Assembly: GCA_041389025.1 (NCBI GenBank)
Contig: JAWKSP010000002.1
Span: forward strand, 21,246-85,245
Length of the DNA: 64,000 nt
Reading direction: 5' to 3'
Origin: Minisyncoccota bacterium
GTDB lineage: Bacteria; Patescibacteriota; Minisyncoccia; Phycocordibacterales; UBA918
Shown: one piece after another, positions 27,437-37,872 of the stretch
How positions within the stretch are numbered: the stretch's first letter is position 1
How the letters are laid out: every line of letters begins with the position of its first letter
The notes under the pieces: model-generated
Databases searched by the model: none
Told to the model about the DNA's origin: nothing
Seen by the model: only the letters and a program-made list of their open reading frames with translations
Program-made: the position numbers and the translations under genes

Positions 27437-30091
27437 TTAATTACTTTTTAGGTATTTTTTTAGGTATTGGCCGGTAAAAGAATTTTTGCTATTAGCCACT
27501 TCTTCGGGCGTGCCTTTAGCCACTATTTGTCCACCATTTACACCACCTTCCGGTCCAATGTCAATAATGTAGTCAGATGACTTAATAAGGTCTAAATTAT
27601 GTTCAATTACCACCACTGTGTTTCCTTTGTTTACTAGCTTTTGTAGTATTTCAATTAATTTTCTAACATCATCATAATGTAAACCAACTGTTGGTTCATC
27701 TAATAGATAAATGGTCTTTTGCGTATGAGGCTTGTATAGTTCAGAAGCAATTTTTACTCTTTGAGCTTCCCCACCAGATAGTGTGGTAGCACTTTGGCCT
27801 AATTCCAAATAACCTAAACCAACTTCCAATAAAGTAAATAATCTTTCCTGAATAGCTGGTATATCAATAAAAAACTCATGAGCCTCCTCAATTGTCATAT
27901 TTAAAACTTCATAAATATTTTTTTTACGGTATGTGACCTCCAAGGTTTCCTTGGTAAATCTTTTTCCATCACAAACATCACAGGTTACATAAACGGTAGG
28001 TAAAAAGTGCATTTCTACAGCAATTTGCCCGTTTCCTTGACAGGCTTCACATCGTCCCCCTTTAACATTAAAACTAAACCTACCTGGTTTCCAGCCTCTA
28101 GCTCTAGCTTCACTGGTGGCAGCAAACATGTCACGAATATGAGTGAAGGCACCGGTATAAGTAGCTGGATTACTGCGTGGAGTTCGTCCGATTGGAGATT
28201 GATCAATTAAACATGAGCGCCCCAAGTATTCTGTACCGGTAAAACTTTTACAATTATAAGTATGTGGAGTTCTAAAACGTTTTTCTAATCGTGATTTTAG
28301 GTTTCTATCTACAATTTCATACATAAATGTTGATTTACCAGAACCGGACACACCAGTAATACAGACAAATTTTCCTAGTGGTAAATCAACATTTAAATTT
28401 TTTATATTATAAGCTTTTCCACCTCTTATTTTAAGCGAACCTTTCTCTGAAGTGCGTCTGTCCGGAATTTCGATTTTTTTAGTTCCGCGTAGATAATCAA
28501 GGGTCAAGGATTTTGATGAATTTGTTTTAGCAGATAGTAATTTTTCCAAATAATCTGCTACTACCACTTCCCCACCGTGTACACCGGCTTTGGGTCCAAT
28601 ATCAATTAAATAATCTGAGGCAAAAATTGTATCTTCATCGTGTTCAACTATTATGATTGTGTTACCTAAGTCTCTTAGTTCAGTCAAGGTTTTTATTAAT
28701 CGATCATTATCACGTTGGTGAAGCCCGATAGATGGTTCGTCCAACACATATAAAGCGCCAACCAAACCTGAACCCAATTGTGAAGCTAGTCTAATACGTT
28801 GTGCTTCACCCCCAGATAACGTGTTGGCACGCCGGTCTAAAGTTAGGTAATCAATACCAACATTTTCCATAAACTGTAATCTTTCTATAATTTCACGTAA
28901 GGCTGGCCAAGCAATATCTTGTTGCTTTTTGGTTAAATTTAGCTTTTCTATAAATAAAGAAGCTTCTTTGACGGTCATACTAGTAAATTGAACTATATTT
29001 ATTCCTAAATCATCTTTATTATTACCGCCTAAATAAACTCTTAAAGCTTCCGGACGCAATCTTGCGCCATTACAGCTAGAACAAGTCTCGTCTTGAAGAA
29101 CTCCAACCACACCAAGTCCGTTACACTCAGAACAGGCTCCATAAGGAGAATTAAAAGAAAAGAGTCTAGGTTCCACCTCCGGAAAAGAAGACCCGTCAAT
29201 TGGACAAATGAACTTTGCAGACAAGGTTCTTTCGCTACCGTCTGGACTTTCTATTTTGATTAAGCCACCAGATTCCTTAAGAGCCAACTCAACCGCTTCA
29301 GACAACCTTTCACGTGACCCTTTTGGATCATCGGTAAACTCACTAACGTAAATTTCATCAATTAGAATATCTATATCATGACGCTTGTTTTTGGTTAAAA
29401 CAATTTTTTCTCGCAACTGTTTGATTTCACCGTCAATTTTTACGGTTTCATAACCTTTGTTTAGCAAATCGTACAACAATTGGTAATATTCACCTTTACG
29501 ACCAACTACAATAGGAGAAAATACAACTACCCTACCCTTGGAAACTTCGATCCCCAGTACTTTTTGTGAGTTTTTCTTAGTTGCCTCCCTAACTTCTTTA
29601 GATTCAATTGATTTAAGTATAATTCCCAAAATTTCATCTTGTGAAAGTTTTTGTATAGGAACGTCAACCTCAAGACAATATGGTTGTCCGACTCGTGCAT
29701 AAAGTATACGTAAATAATCGTAGATTTCGGTTATGGTAGCCACGGTCGAACGCGGATTTCTAGAAGCTGATTTTTGATCAATGGAAATAGCCGGGGAAAG
29801 CCCTGAAATTTCATCAACATCTGGTTTTTGTAATTTATTTAAAAACTGACGAGCGTACGGAGATAAAGATTCAACATAACGTCTTTGTCCCTCAGCAAAA
29901 ATAGTATCAAATGCCAAAGAAGATTTACCTGAACCAGATGGACCAGTAATAGCAATCATTTTACCTCGAGGCATTTCAACGTTAATATTTTTTAAATTAT
30001 GTGTGCGAGCACCACGAATAACTATCTTACTATCTGAAGAATTAATGTGTCCATCTTCCCATTTTGTAGTCGTTTTTTTGTTTGCTTTCAT
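27437..30091 (-). CDS. uvrA: excinuclease ABC subunit A
   Basis: Two ABC ATPase modules (GPSGSGKSS, GVSGSGKST), zinc-finger Cys clusters, UvrA signature. 884 aa. Confidence 0.92.
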   Translation of the reverse strand: MKANKKTTTKWEDGHINSSDSKIVIRGARTHNLKNINVEMPRGKMIAITGPSGSGKSSLAFDTIFAEGQRRYVESLSPYARQFLNKLQKPDVDEISGLSPAISIDQKSASRNPRSTVATITEIYDYLRILYARVGQPYCLEVDVPIQKLSQDEILGIILKSIESKEVREATKKNSQKVLGIEVSKGRVVVFSPIVVGRKGEYYQLLYDLLNKGYETVKIDGEIKQLREKIVLTKNKRHDIDILIDEIYVSEFTDDPKGSRERLSEAVELALKESGGLIKIESPDGSERTLSAKFICPIDGSSFPEVEPRLFSFNSPYGACSECNGLGVVGVLQDETCSSCNGARLRPEALRVYLGGNNKDDLGINIVQFTSMTVKEASLFIEKLNLTKKQQDIAWPALREIIERLQFMENVGIDYLTLDRRANTLSGGEAQRIRLASQLGSGLVGALYVLDEPSIGLHQRDNDRLIKTLTELRDLGNTIIIVEHDEDTIFASDYLIDIGPKAGVHGGEVVVADYLEKLLSAKTNSSKSLTLDYLRGTKKIEIPDRRTSEKGSLKIRGGKAYNIKNLNVDLPLGKFVCITGVSGSGKSTFMYEIVDRNLKSRLEKRFRTPHTYNCKSFTGTEYLGRSCLIDQSPIGRTPRSNPATYTGAFTHIRDMFAATSEARARGWKPGRFSFNVKGGRCEACQGNGQIAVEMHFLPTVYVTCDVCDGKRFTKETLEVTYRKKNIYEVLNMTIEEAHEFFIDIPAIQERLFTLLEVGLGYLELGQSATTLSGGEAQRVKIASELYKPHTQKTIYLLDEPTVGLHYDDVRKLIEILQKLVNKGNTVVVIEHNLDLIKSSDYIIDIGPEGGVNGGQIVAKGTPEEVANSKNSFTGQYLKKYLKSN

Positions 30092-30139
30092 AAGATAAAA
30101 ACCGAGTATTCAGTATAAGCATTTTATCGATAGATGCAA

Positions 30140-30976
30140 TTATTTTTTTGCTAACGGACAATCATGCTTACTTAATATAAGTGCAACCAAGTCGTTTAAA
30201 TTAGTAGTGGCTTTTATCAAAAAGTCATCGGCTTTTAGTTTACTGGCGATTTCTCTATCTCGAGGCGTATCTTTATTAGAAAAAACGATGACGGGTAACT
30301 TAGAAAAAGTTTCGTCATCGCGTATTTCTTTTAAAACATCCAAACCATTTTTACCCGGCAACATGATGTCAAGTAGGATCAGGGTTGGTGTATATTCTCT
30401 GAGTATTTGAAAGGCATCTAGTCCATTGTGGCAAAATTTAAAGGGTATTTTACTCTTGGTTAATTTTATAGAAAGCATGTCTCTTAGTAAGGGATCATCT
30501 TCAAAAATTAAAATACGCATTTCAATGTTATTTTTTTCTTTTATTGGTAACTTTTTACTTTCTGTAATATCAATGTAGCTTTCACTTTTTTTTGGATTAT
30601 TATTTTCTAATATTGATTTTTCAGCAATTTCCAATAAATCAGAAAAATTAAGATTTTCTTTGTTTGTAGAATATTTGTAATTTAAATCAATTTTATCATT
30701 AGAAGTATTTGCTATAACTAAAATAACCGGTATTCGGTTTGCGGTTAGATTGTTTAAATCAGTTACTAATTCTTTGTCGTTGTTTACAGTACATTCAACA
30801 ATTACAAAATCTGGTTTTAGACTCTTTATATCTTCAATGCCATCTTTAACAGTTTTTGAAGCTACGACTTCAACACCCGCAAAAGAAAGAGTCTTTTCGA
30901 CGGTATTTAGAAAACCAAGATCAGTACCTAAAATTAGGGCTTTCTTTCCAAGTAAAGTTTTTCTTTCTTGTGTCAT
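30140..30976 (-). CDS. response-regulator receiver protein with two REC-like domains and no output domain
   Basis: C-terminal REC: ILIFEDDPLLRDM..LILLDIMLPGKNGLDVL..PVIVFSNK. N-terminal half is a degenerate REC-like fold. No DNA-binding domain. No histidine kinase in the window. Confidence 0.7.
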   Translation of the reverse strand: MTQERKTLLGKKALILGTDLGFLNTVEKTLSFAGVEVVASKTVKDGIEDIKSLKPDFVIVECTVNNDKELVTDLNNLTANRIPVILVIANTSNDKIDLNYKYSTNKENLNFSDLLEIAEKSILENNNPKKSESYIDITESKKLPIKEKNNIEMRILIFEDDPLLRDMLSIKLTKSKIPFKFCHNGLDAFQILREYTPTLILLDIMLPGKNGLDVLKEIRDDETFSKLPVIVFSNKDTPRDREIASKLKADDFLIKATTNLNDLVALILSKHDCPLAKK

Positions 30977-31048
30977 AACATGTATTTAAACAAACACCTC
31001 AACATTATGACATAAATTTTGTTTTAAAATCATTTTTAATTGACAGTT

Positions 31049-33073
31049 TTACTTATTGAATTGTTTTTCTAAAATTTTAATTTCATCTCTTAGAATAGCA
31101 GCGGTTTCAAAATCCAATACTTCTACCGCTTCCTCCATTTGCTTCCGTTTATCTTTCAGCATCTTTTTAGGGTTTTTAGTAAATAATTCCATATCAATTT
31201 TTAGTAAATTGTCTACTGTTTTCTCATGTTCTGTTCTTAATTGATCAGCGATGGATTTGATTTCTCTAGAAACTGTTTTAGGAGTTATGTTGTGCTTTTT
31301 ATTGTAATCTAGCTGTTTTTTACGTCGCCTTTCCGTCTCATCAATTGCGGTTCTTAATGACGGTGTAATTTCGTCAGCATAAAGTATTACACGCCCATTT
31401 ACATTTCTGGCTGCACGACCGATAGTTTGAATTAAAGCCGTTTCGTTTCGTAAAAAACCTTCTTTATCAGCATCAAGAATAGCTACCAGTTCAACCTCCG
31501 GTAGATCTAAGCCTTCCCTAAGCAAATTTACTCCAACTAAACAATCAAATTTGCCTTTTCTAAATTCTGTTAAAATTTCAATCCTTTCTAAAGTATCAAC
31601 ATCACTATGAATGTATTTAGTTTTTATGGATTTTTCCGACAGAAAATCTGTTAGATCTTCAGCCATTTTTTTGGTTAAAGTAGTTACCAATACTCGAACA
31701 TCATTACTAATGGTTTTTTCTGCTTCTTTAATAAAATCCTTTATTTGACCGTCGTATTTTTTTGTGGCAGTTATTTTTCGAACATCAATTTTTGGATCTA
31801 ATAAACCAGTTGGTCGAATCACTTGTTCAACCATTTTTACGTTAGTTTCTTGGACCTGTTTGTGTTCATAGCGCCCAGGAGTAGCAGAGGTGTAGATTCG
31901 CTGACCGACTTTGGTTTCAAATTCAGCAAATTTTAGCGGTCTATTATCAAAAGCACTTGGTAATCTAAAACCATGTTCAATTAAAGTTTCCTTTCGTGAA
32001 CGATCGCCAGCATACATACCGTTTAATTGTGGTATGGTTACATGTGATTCATCTATAACGGTTAAAAAATCCGGTTTTCCATCTGATGTGTGCGGAAAAT
32101 ACGATAATAAAGTATACGGCGCTTCTCCTGTCTGCCTTCGATCAAAGTGCCTTGAATAGTTCTCAATTCCGTTACAGTAACCAATTTCACGAATTAAAGC
32201 GAGATCGTGTTCGGTTCGTCGTCGCAATCTTTCAGCTTCTAAAATTTTACCTTCTTTTTTAAAGTAATCTAAACGATTTTTTAATTCATTTTTTATGTCA
32301 GTTACAGCCTGTTTCTTCTCTTTTTCTGGAGTCACAAAATGTTTGGCTGGAAATAAGAAAAAAACGTCTGGTTCAGCAACTATACTTCTCGTAATAGCAT
32401 CTATAGTGGTAATTGAACTCACTCGATTGCCGGAAAAACCAATTCTATATATAAGTTTTTCGTTGGTTGGCATAACTTCTATCTGGTTACCAACAGCCCT
32501 AAACTTAGCCGGACTAAGGTCGACATTAGTTCTTTCAAACTGCATATCAATCAAAAGTCGCAACATTTCAGTTCTAGTTACTTCAAACCCTTTTTCAATT
32601 TTTAAGTGTTTCTTTAAATATTCTTTTGGCGAACCAAGACCATAAATACACGAAACAGAAGCCACTATTATCACGTCCGAACGTGTGAGTAAGGCTTGAG
32701 TAGAGGCATGTCTTAATCGGTCAATTTCTTCATTTATTTGTGCTTCTTTTTCAATATATGTATCACTGGTTGGCATATAGGCTTCTGGTTGGTAGTAGTC
32801 ATAATATGAAACAAAATAATGAACAGCATTATCAGGAAAAAAATCACGATATTCTTGGGCTAATTGTGCAGCTAAGGTCTTATTGTGAGCAATCACCAGT
32901 GTTGGTTTTTGAATTTTTTCTATTATGTTGGCAACAGTAAACGTTTTACCAGAACCGGTTACCCCCAATAAGGTTTGGTGTTTATATCCTTTTTTTAATC
33001 CAGACACTAAACTTTTAATAGCTTCAGGTTGATCACCAGCTGGTTTTTTATTGGTTTTTAGTTTGAATTTCAT
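31049..33073 (-). CDS. uvrB: excinuclease ABC subunit B
   Basis: N-terminal PAGDQPEAI..GVTGSGKTFT helicase motif I. YVSYYDYYQPEAY beta-hairpin region. C-terminal UVR domain. Confidence 0.92.
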   Translation of the reverse strand: MKFKLKTNKKPAGDQPEAIKSLVSGLKKGYKHQTLLGVTGSGKTFTVANIIEKIQKPTLVIAHNKTLAAQLAQEYRDFFPDNAVHYFVSYYDYYQPEAYMPTSDTYIEKEAQINEEIDRLRHASTQALLTRSDVIIVASVSCIYGLGSPKEYLKKHLKIEKGFEVTRTEMLRLLIDMQFERTNVDLSPAKFRAVGNQIEVMPTNEKLIYRIGFSGNRVSSITTIDAITRSIVAEPDVFFLFPAKHFVTPEKEKKQAVTDIKNELKNRLDYFKKEGKILEAERLRRRTEHDLALIREIGYCNGIENYSRHFDRRQTGEAPYTLLSYFPHTSDGKPDFLTVIDESHVTIPQLNGMYAGDRSRKETLIEHGFRLPSAFDNRPLKFAEFETKVGQRIYTSATPGRYEHKQVQETNVKMVEQVIRPTGLLDPKIDVRKITATKKYDGQIKDFIKEAEKTISNDVRVLVTTLTKKMAEDLTDFLSEKSIKTKYIHSDVDTLERIEILTEFRKGKFDCLVGVNLLREGLDLPEVELVAILDADKEGFLRNETALIQTIGRAARNVNGRVILYADEITPSLRTAIDETERRRKKQLDYNKKHNITPKTVSREIKSIADQLRTEHEKTVDNLLKIDMELFTKNPKKMLKDKRKQMEEAVEVLDFETAAILRDEIKILEKQFNK

Positions 33074-33099
33074 GCTTATAAAGGAGTATAGCCTATACT

Positions 33100-34338
33100 T
33101 TAGTTTTGCAAAAGTTGTAGTCTTAAATGTTCGGTAAAACTAACGATGGTATGTAAATTGTGTATAGAGGCCAAGTGTCCGGCTAACATTTCGTTGGCTT
33201 TAAATAAATGAGCTAGATAAGCTTTGGAATAATTGTTAGCCACATATCCATCATCAAATTCATCGACTGATGACAGGTCTTTTTGATATTTGTTGTTTTT
33301 AATATTTATTTTTTCTATTTCTGGATAAGAAAGTGTGCCACACTCAGTTGTTTTGATTTTTCCAGTTTTTACATAAATTGAACCGGTTCTAGCCAGCCTT
33401 GTAGGATTAACACAGTCAAAGGTGTCGCAACCATTTAAAACCCCTAACACAATGTCTTCTGGCTCACCAATACCTAGCAAATGACGAGGTTTTTCTTCTG
33501 GTAAGGTTTGGTTAACTACTTTAAGGGAGTCAAAGAGATCACTTTTAGAAAAGCTACCGCCAATTCCAAAACCATCAAAGTCCATTGCAGATAATGTTTC
33601 AGCACTTTTTTTTCTTAAATCTAAAAAACGACCACCCTGCACCACTCCATATAAACCCTGTTTTTTTAAGGCTTGATAATTTTGTTTATGGGCCAAAATA
33701 CTACGTTTAGCCCAGCGGTGAGTTCTCTCCATTGCTTCTGTTTGATAAGCATAATTGGCAGTTGGACTAGTGCATTCATCAAAAGCGATAATTATATCAG
33801 CTCCGATGTTGTGTTGTATTTCAATTGAACGCTCGGCAGTAAAACGGTGCATTGAGCCATCAATGTGAGAAGTAAAAGTCACCCCTTCCTCATCAATAAT
33901 ACATAATTTACCATGTTCCGTTGCCAATTCTTTGTTATATACGTTTATGCCACCTTCAACTACTTGATTGGTTGAGACTTCTGTAGCAAATTTTGTTACT
34001 CCTTTACCAAAAGCAGCGCCTAAAGAAAAAACTTGAAAACCGCCAGAATCAGTGATGGTTGGAGTTTTCCATTTGGTAAAATTATGTAAACCACCAGCTT
34101 CCGCAATAAGCTTCTCGCCAGGTTGTAAAAATAGATGATAAGTATTAGCTAAAGTAACTTGATTACCAACATAATTCGTCAAATCTTCTGCTTTTAGGCT
34201 CTTAACTGTACCTTTTGTGCCAACCACCACAAAAGCCGGTGTTTTTATATCTCCATTTGGAGTATTTATAACACCAGCTCTGGCCAAAGTATTTTTTGAC
34301 TTATTTTCTATTTTGAATTTAACAGGTTTTTCATTCAT
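33100..34338 (-). CDS. tgt: tRNA-guanine transglycosylase (queuine tRNA-ribosyltransferase)
   Basis: TIM-barrel motifs TPNGDIKTPAFVVVGTKG, IIAFDECTSP and LLGIGEPEDI, plus a C-terminal zinc site. Confidence 0.85.
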   Translation of the reverse strand: MNEKPVKFKIENKSKNTLARAGVINTPNGDIKTPAFVVVGTKGTVKSLKAEDLTNYVGNQVTLANTYHLFLQPGEKLIAEAGGLHNFTKWKTPTITDSGGFQVFSLGAAFGKGVTKFATEVSTNQVVEGGINVYNKELATEHGKLCIIDEEGVTFTSHIDGSMHRFTAERSIEIQHNIGADIIIAFDECTSPTANYAYQTEAMERTHRWAKRSILAHKQNYQALKKQGLYGVVQGGRFLDLRKKSAETLSAMDFDGFGIGGSFSKSDLFDSLKVVNQTLPEEKPRHLLGIGEPEDIVLGVLNGCDTFDCVNPTRLARTGSIYVKTGKIKTTECGTLSYPEIEKINIKNNKYQKDLSSVDEFDDGYVANNYSKAYLAHLFKANEMLAGHLASIHNLHTIVSFTEHLRLQLLQN

Positions 34339-34382
34339 AATAAAAACAACCCTAGGTAATATAAGGTCGTTTTAATGTTTAG

Positions 34383-34928
34383 CTAGTTTACTTCTAGTAG
34401 TTCAATTGCAAAAACTAAAGTTGAATTAGCAGGAATTGATGCAATTGATTGATTTCCATAACCTAGTTCTGGCGGAATAACCAATATCCTTTGTCCACCA
34501 ACCTTCATCCCGACCAACCCTTGTTCCCAACCCTTTATAACATCACCGCTGCCAACTTTAAAGGTGAACGGTTCTCCGCGTTTCCTTGAATTATCAAATT
34601 CTTCACCGCCAACTAAGGTGCCGATATAGTGAACAGTAACTTTGTCACCATTTTTGACAGGCTCTCCTGTCCCAATTACTATGTCGTCAACAACCAAATT
34701 TTTTATATTACCATCAGAGTCCGAAGCCTTTATAAAAGCCTGTGTTCTTTCGTTTTGTTCATCAACTCCCTCATTAACCACCACTACTCCTCCTTGCGAG
34801 ACCGCCGCTGTTTGAGAAGAATTCTCTTCAGTGACAAAAACAGAGTTTTCTACCCTAACCAAGTACAAAGCTAATGCCATGAAAAGCACACTAACTCCAA
34901 TCCCAATCATTTCAAATTTACTTATCAT
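34383..34928 (-). CDS. FKBP-type peptidyl-prolyl cis-trans isomerase, membrane-anchored
   Basis: VTVHYIGTLVGGEEFDNS..FKVGSGDVIKGWEQGLVGMKVGGQR..IPPELGYG. N-terminal TM helix. Confidence 0.85.
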   Translation of the reverse strand: MISKFEMIGIGVSVLFMALALYLVRVENSVFVTEENSSQTAAVSQGGVVVVNEGVDEQNERTQAFIKASDSDGNIKNLVVDDIVIGTGEPVKNGDKVTVHYIGTLVGGEEFDNSRKRGEPFTFKVGSGDVIKGWEQGLVGMKVGGQRILVIPPELGYGNQSIASIPANSTLVFAIELLEVN

Positions 34929-34939
34929 AATTTATTTAT

Positions 34940-36064
34940 TTATATCGCCATAATAACTGTTTTTTGTGAAGTTGCAAGATTTTTATCAAGAATTATTTGA
35001 CTATTAAGAATTTGAGTCTTTAAGTCTTTGTTACTATTAGCTGAAAGTTGTTGTAAAAAAACATTTTTTTGCGATAATTTCATTAAATTTGGTTGAGATA
35101 GATTCGTTGAGTTATCAACTGGTAACAAATCAATTAAAAACTCATTATTTGAATTTTTACTAATTTCCAGTACCAAACCTGTTTGTACAGTGGTATCAAA
35201 ATACTGGTCGAAAATAAAATTTCCTAATGAGTAAAATACCAGTTTGTCATTAATTATTTCAATTGGTTGTACTACATGTGGATGATGTCCAACAATCATA
35301 TCAGCACCGATTTCTACAAGGTATGTAGCTAAATTTCGTTGTTCATTACTGTTTTCTAGTTCATACTCATTTCCCCAATGAATGTAAACAATTTGTAAAT
35401 CACTATAATTGTTAATCCAGTTAAAAAGTTTATTTACATCACTTCTATTTAAGTTACCATAGGTATCATTTAGACCCACTAAAGCGATTCGACTTTTATC
35501 TAAATTTAAAAAATTAACCGACGATATTTCAGATTTATTAGGATTGCCGAAGACTGAGATATTTTGATTTTCAAGCATGAAAATCGTGTTTTTATAACCG
35601 GATAGTCCAAAATCATAAGAGTGATTATTGGCTAAAGATAAGTGTGTAAAACCATACCTAGATAAAATTTCTGTGTAATTTTTATTAACTGAAAAGTTTA
35701 AATGGTTATTTTTAGTTGGTTTATGAAATATCGGTATGCTGGCCTCAAAATTTCCAACCAAATAGCTATTTTTCTTAAAAAGAGAGGTGAAATTTTTAAA
35801 AGGATAATCATCACCTTCTCTTTTCATTAAGGTTTCTACATGCCGAGCTAACATTACATCACCAACAAAAAATATTTTGTCTGACTTCTCTTCTTTTTTG
35901 CTTAAAATAAAATCAGTTTCTTGTAAGTAAATAGACGCTCCATAACTTGTACTTGGCCAAATCAAATGTGAGAAGTTATTAAAATCAAAAGTTTTTAAAT
36001 TAAAAATTATAATAAATAGTGTTAAAATACCTATAGAAAACCTAAGAGTAGTCAACGGTACCAT
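34940..36064 (-). CDS. CapA-family metallophosphoesterase (poly-gamma-glutamate synthesis-like)
   Basis: FFVGDVMLARHVE, SLANNHSYDFG, GADMIVGHHPHVVQP motifs. N-terminal anchor. Confidence 0.75.
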   Translation of the reverse strand: MVPLTTLRFSIGILTLFIIIFNLKTFDFNNFSHLIWPSTSYGASIYLQETDFILSKKEEKSDKIFFVGDVMLARHVETLMKREGDDYPFKNFTSLFKKNSYLVGNFEASIPIFHKPTKNNHLNFSVNKNYTEILSRYGFTHLSLANNHSYDFGLSGYKNTIFMLENQNISVFGNPNKSEISSVNFLNLDKSRIALVGLNDTYGNLNRSDVNKLFNWINNYSDLQIVYIHWGNEYELENSNEQRNLATYLVEIGADMIVGHHPHVVQPIEIINDKLVFYSLGNFIFDQYFDTTVQTGLVLEISKNSNNEFLIDLLPVDNSTNLSQPNLMKLSQKNVFLQQLSANSNKDLKTQILNSQIILDKNLATSQKTVIMAI

Positions 36065-36067
36065 GCT

Positions 36068-36481
36068 TTAGTTATACAAAGTAGCGGCAGCTGGGTGGAA
36101 TATACCTATTTGGTAGTAATACATGGCAGCGGTAAATAAAAGAGTCGAAATGGCAACAATACCAAGTATTATTAAAATCATTCTAATATAACTTTTCTTT
36201 ATATCAATTTCTGGTTCAACTGAGTCTACGCTGATGTCAATATTTAAAAATTGAGAAATTTCTTTTGAGCTAAGGCTACCATCTTTTCTAAAAACCTTGT
36301 GTAAACCGTCTTCTTTATTAGACTTCTCTATCTTTTGACCTTTTAGTATCATTAAAGACTCTACTACATCGTTATCATTATAACCAGCCTTAGCTAACAC
36401 CGACTTTATATCAGCTTCAGCTGAAGTTGGTGTGAGACCATTAATTCTAATCAGTATTTCAATTTGTTTTTTATCAATCAT
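36068..36481 (-). CDS. hypothetical protein with C-terminal TM helix
   Basis: 137-aa ORF, tightly packed between CapA and the AI-2E gene. Confidence 0.45.
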   Translation of the reverse strand: MIDKKQIEILIRINGLTPTSAEADIKSVLAKAGYNDNDVVESLMILKGQKIEKSNKEDGLHKVFRKDGSLSSKEISQFLNIDISVDSVEPEIDIKKSYIRMILIILGIVAISTLLFTAAMYYYQIGIFHPAAATLYN

Positions 36482-36485
36482 AATT

Positions 36486-37532
36486 TTATTGTTTTATTTC
36501 TTGCTGTTTACTTTTTACTATGTATTGATTGTAAATTTCTAATAATACAATAAATAATGTAACAATCACCGGTCCTACAATAAATCCGATAGGTCCGAAC
36601 ATCGATATTCCACCAAGTACAGATAGAAGCATTAAAAAAGGATGCATATTATTTCCTCGACTCATTAAATAAGGACCGATCATATTATCAACTACTACCA
36701 CTACTACTACAGCCCAAATCGCTAGTCCAATAGCGGCAAAGACTGAGCTGGTCATAAATAAGTAGATAACCGCCGGTATCATGATAGTAATAGTTCCGAT
36801 CCCTGGCAACATCGCTAATATTGCCGCAACCGCACCCCACAAAACAGCCCTTTCAATACCGAATATTGTAAAACCAATAGCTGCTAATAATCCTTGTAAA
36901 AAAGACACTAAAAGGACTCCGGTTGCGACCGAACGAACCGCTATAGCCAACCTAGAAAATATCACATAATCTTCTCTGTCAGGCAAAGGACTGATTTTTG
37001 CAATTACTGACAAAAGCTCTCTTCCGTCTTTGAAAAAATAAAATGAGCCAATTAAAGAGATTAGAATAACAAAAACAGTAGTTAATGTTCCGGCAAATAT
37101 AGAACCTAAACTTCCAACAAACCAACCAGCGCTTTGCCTCAATTGTTCGGTCAGGTTTATTTGAAACTCTGGTACATAAATAGATATTTTATCCTCTAGA
37201 GTTGTTAAATATTGTTCAATCGTTAAATTTTGATCTGAACCAAGTGTTTGGTAAAAGCTAATTAACTCTTTTAAAAATATAGTGGAAACAAAAAAGATTG
37301 GGATTACAATCAAAACCACCACTATAAGAGTGGTTATAAGGGCCGCCAAAGACTCGTTTTGGCGAGGTATGTACTTTTTAATAGCAGTATACATTGGATA
37401 GCAAATAGTTACTATTATTAAAGACAAAGCCAAGGCCGATACAAACGGAGAAAAAACTTGCCAGACCAAGTAACCGGAAGCAACAAGAAGTAAAAAGAAG
37501 AAAACGTATTCTACTATTCGTGCAATTGACAT
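36486..37532 (-). CDS. AI-2E family (PerM/UPF0118) transporter
   Basis: About 8 TM helices. Conserved C-terminal FGPIGFIVGPVIV. Confidence 0.6.
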   Translation of the reverse strand: MSIARIVEYVFFFLLLVASGYLVWQVFSPFVSALALSLIIVTICYPMYTAIKKYIPRQNESLAALITTLIVVVLIVIPIFFVSTIFLKELISFYQTLGSDQNLTIEQYLTTLEDKISIYVPEFQINLTEQLRQSAGWFVGSLGSIFAGTLTTVFVILISLIGSFYFFKDGRELLSVIAKISPLPDREDYVIFSRLAIAVRSVATGVLLVSFLQGLLAAIGFTIFGIERAVLWGAVAAILAMLPGIGTITIMIPAVIYLFMTSSVFAAIGLAIWAVVVVVVVDNMIGPYLMSRGNNMHPFLMLLSVLGGISMFGPIGFIVGPVIVTLFIVLLEIYNQYIVKSKQQEIKQ

Positions 37533-37560
37533 AATTATTAATAATAACTATAGCAATAAA

Positions 37561-37590
37561 ATAAAAAAAGAACTAGTGTAAAACTAGTCC
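37561..37590 (-). terminator. hairpin GGACTAGT-tttac-ACTAGTTC followed by TTTTTTTAT on the minus strand; end of the long minus-strand surface operon
   Basis: Read directly (plus strand: ataaaaaaagaactagtgtaaaactagtcc). Confidence 0.6.
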
Positions 37591-37601
37591 TTTTATTATT
37601 C

Positions 37602-37757
37602 TTATATATTTTCCGGTAAATTATCACGAACCGAAACAGCAAACATTTCTAATGTTTTAAGACTTTCTGACGCTGTTTTGTCAAAAGCTGAAAATGTTAG
37701 ACTGAAAAAGTGTGACAATCCCCACAAAATTATTAAAAAACCAATTGCTTTAAACAT
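37602..37757 (-). CDS. possible unannotated small membrane protein (51 aa) in the 3' region after the TlpA-like gene
   Basis: ATG..TAA ORF MFKAIGFLIILWGLSHFFSLTFSAFDKTASESLKTLEMFAVSVRDNLPENI with one hydrophobic helix. Below the 60-aa cut-off of the ORF track. Confidence 0.25.
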   Translation of the reverse strand: MFKAIGFLIILWGLSHFFSLTFSAFDKTASESLKTLEMFAVSVRDNLPENI

Positions 37758-37872
37758 ATTTTTTAATTGCGAACCAGAATCTTTTTTCCAAAGACTCTGT
37801 TTAAAAACAGATGGTGCGCAAAGTGTTTAATGCAATATCTAACCAAAATTTAACATTTTAGAGGATATTATG

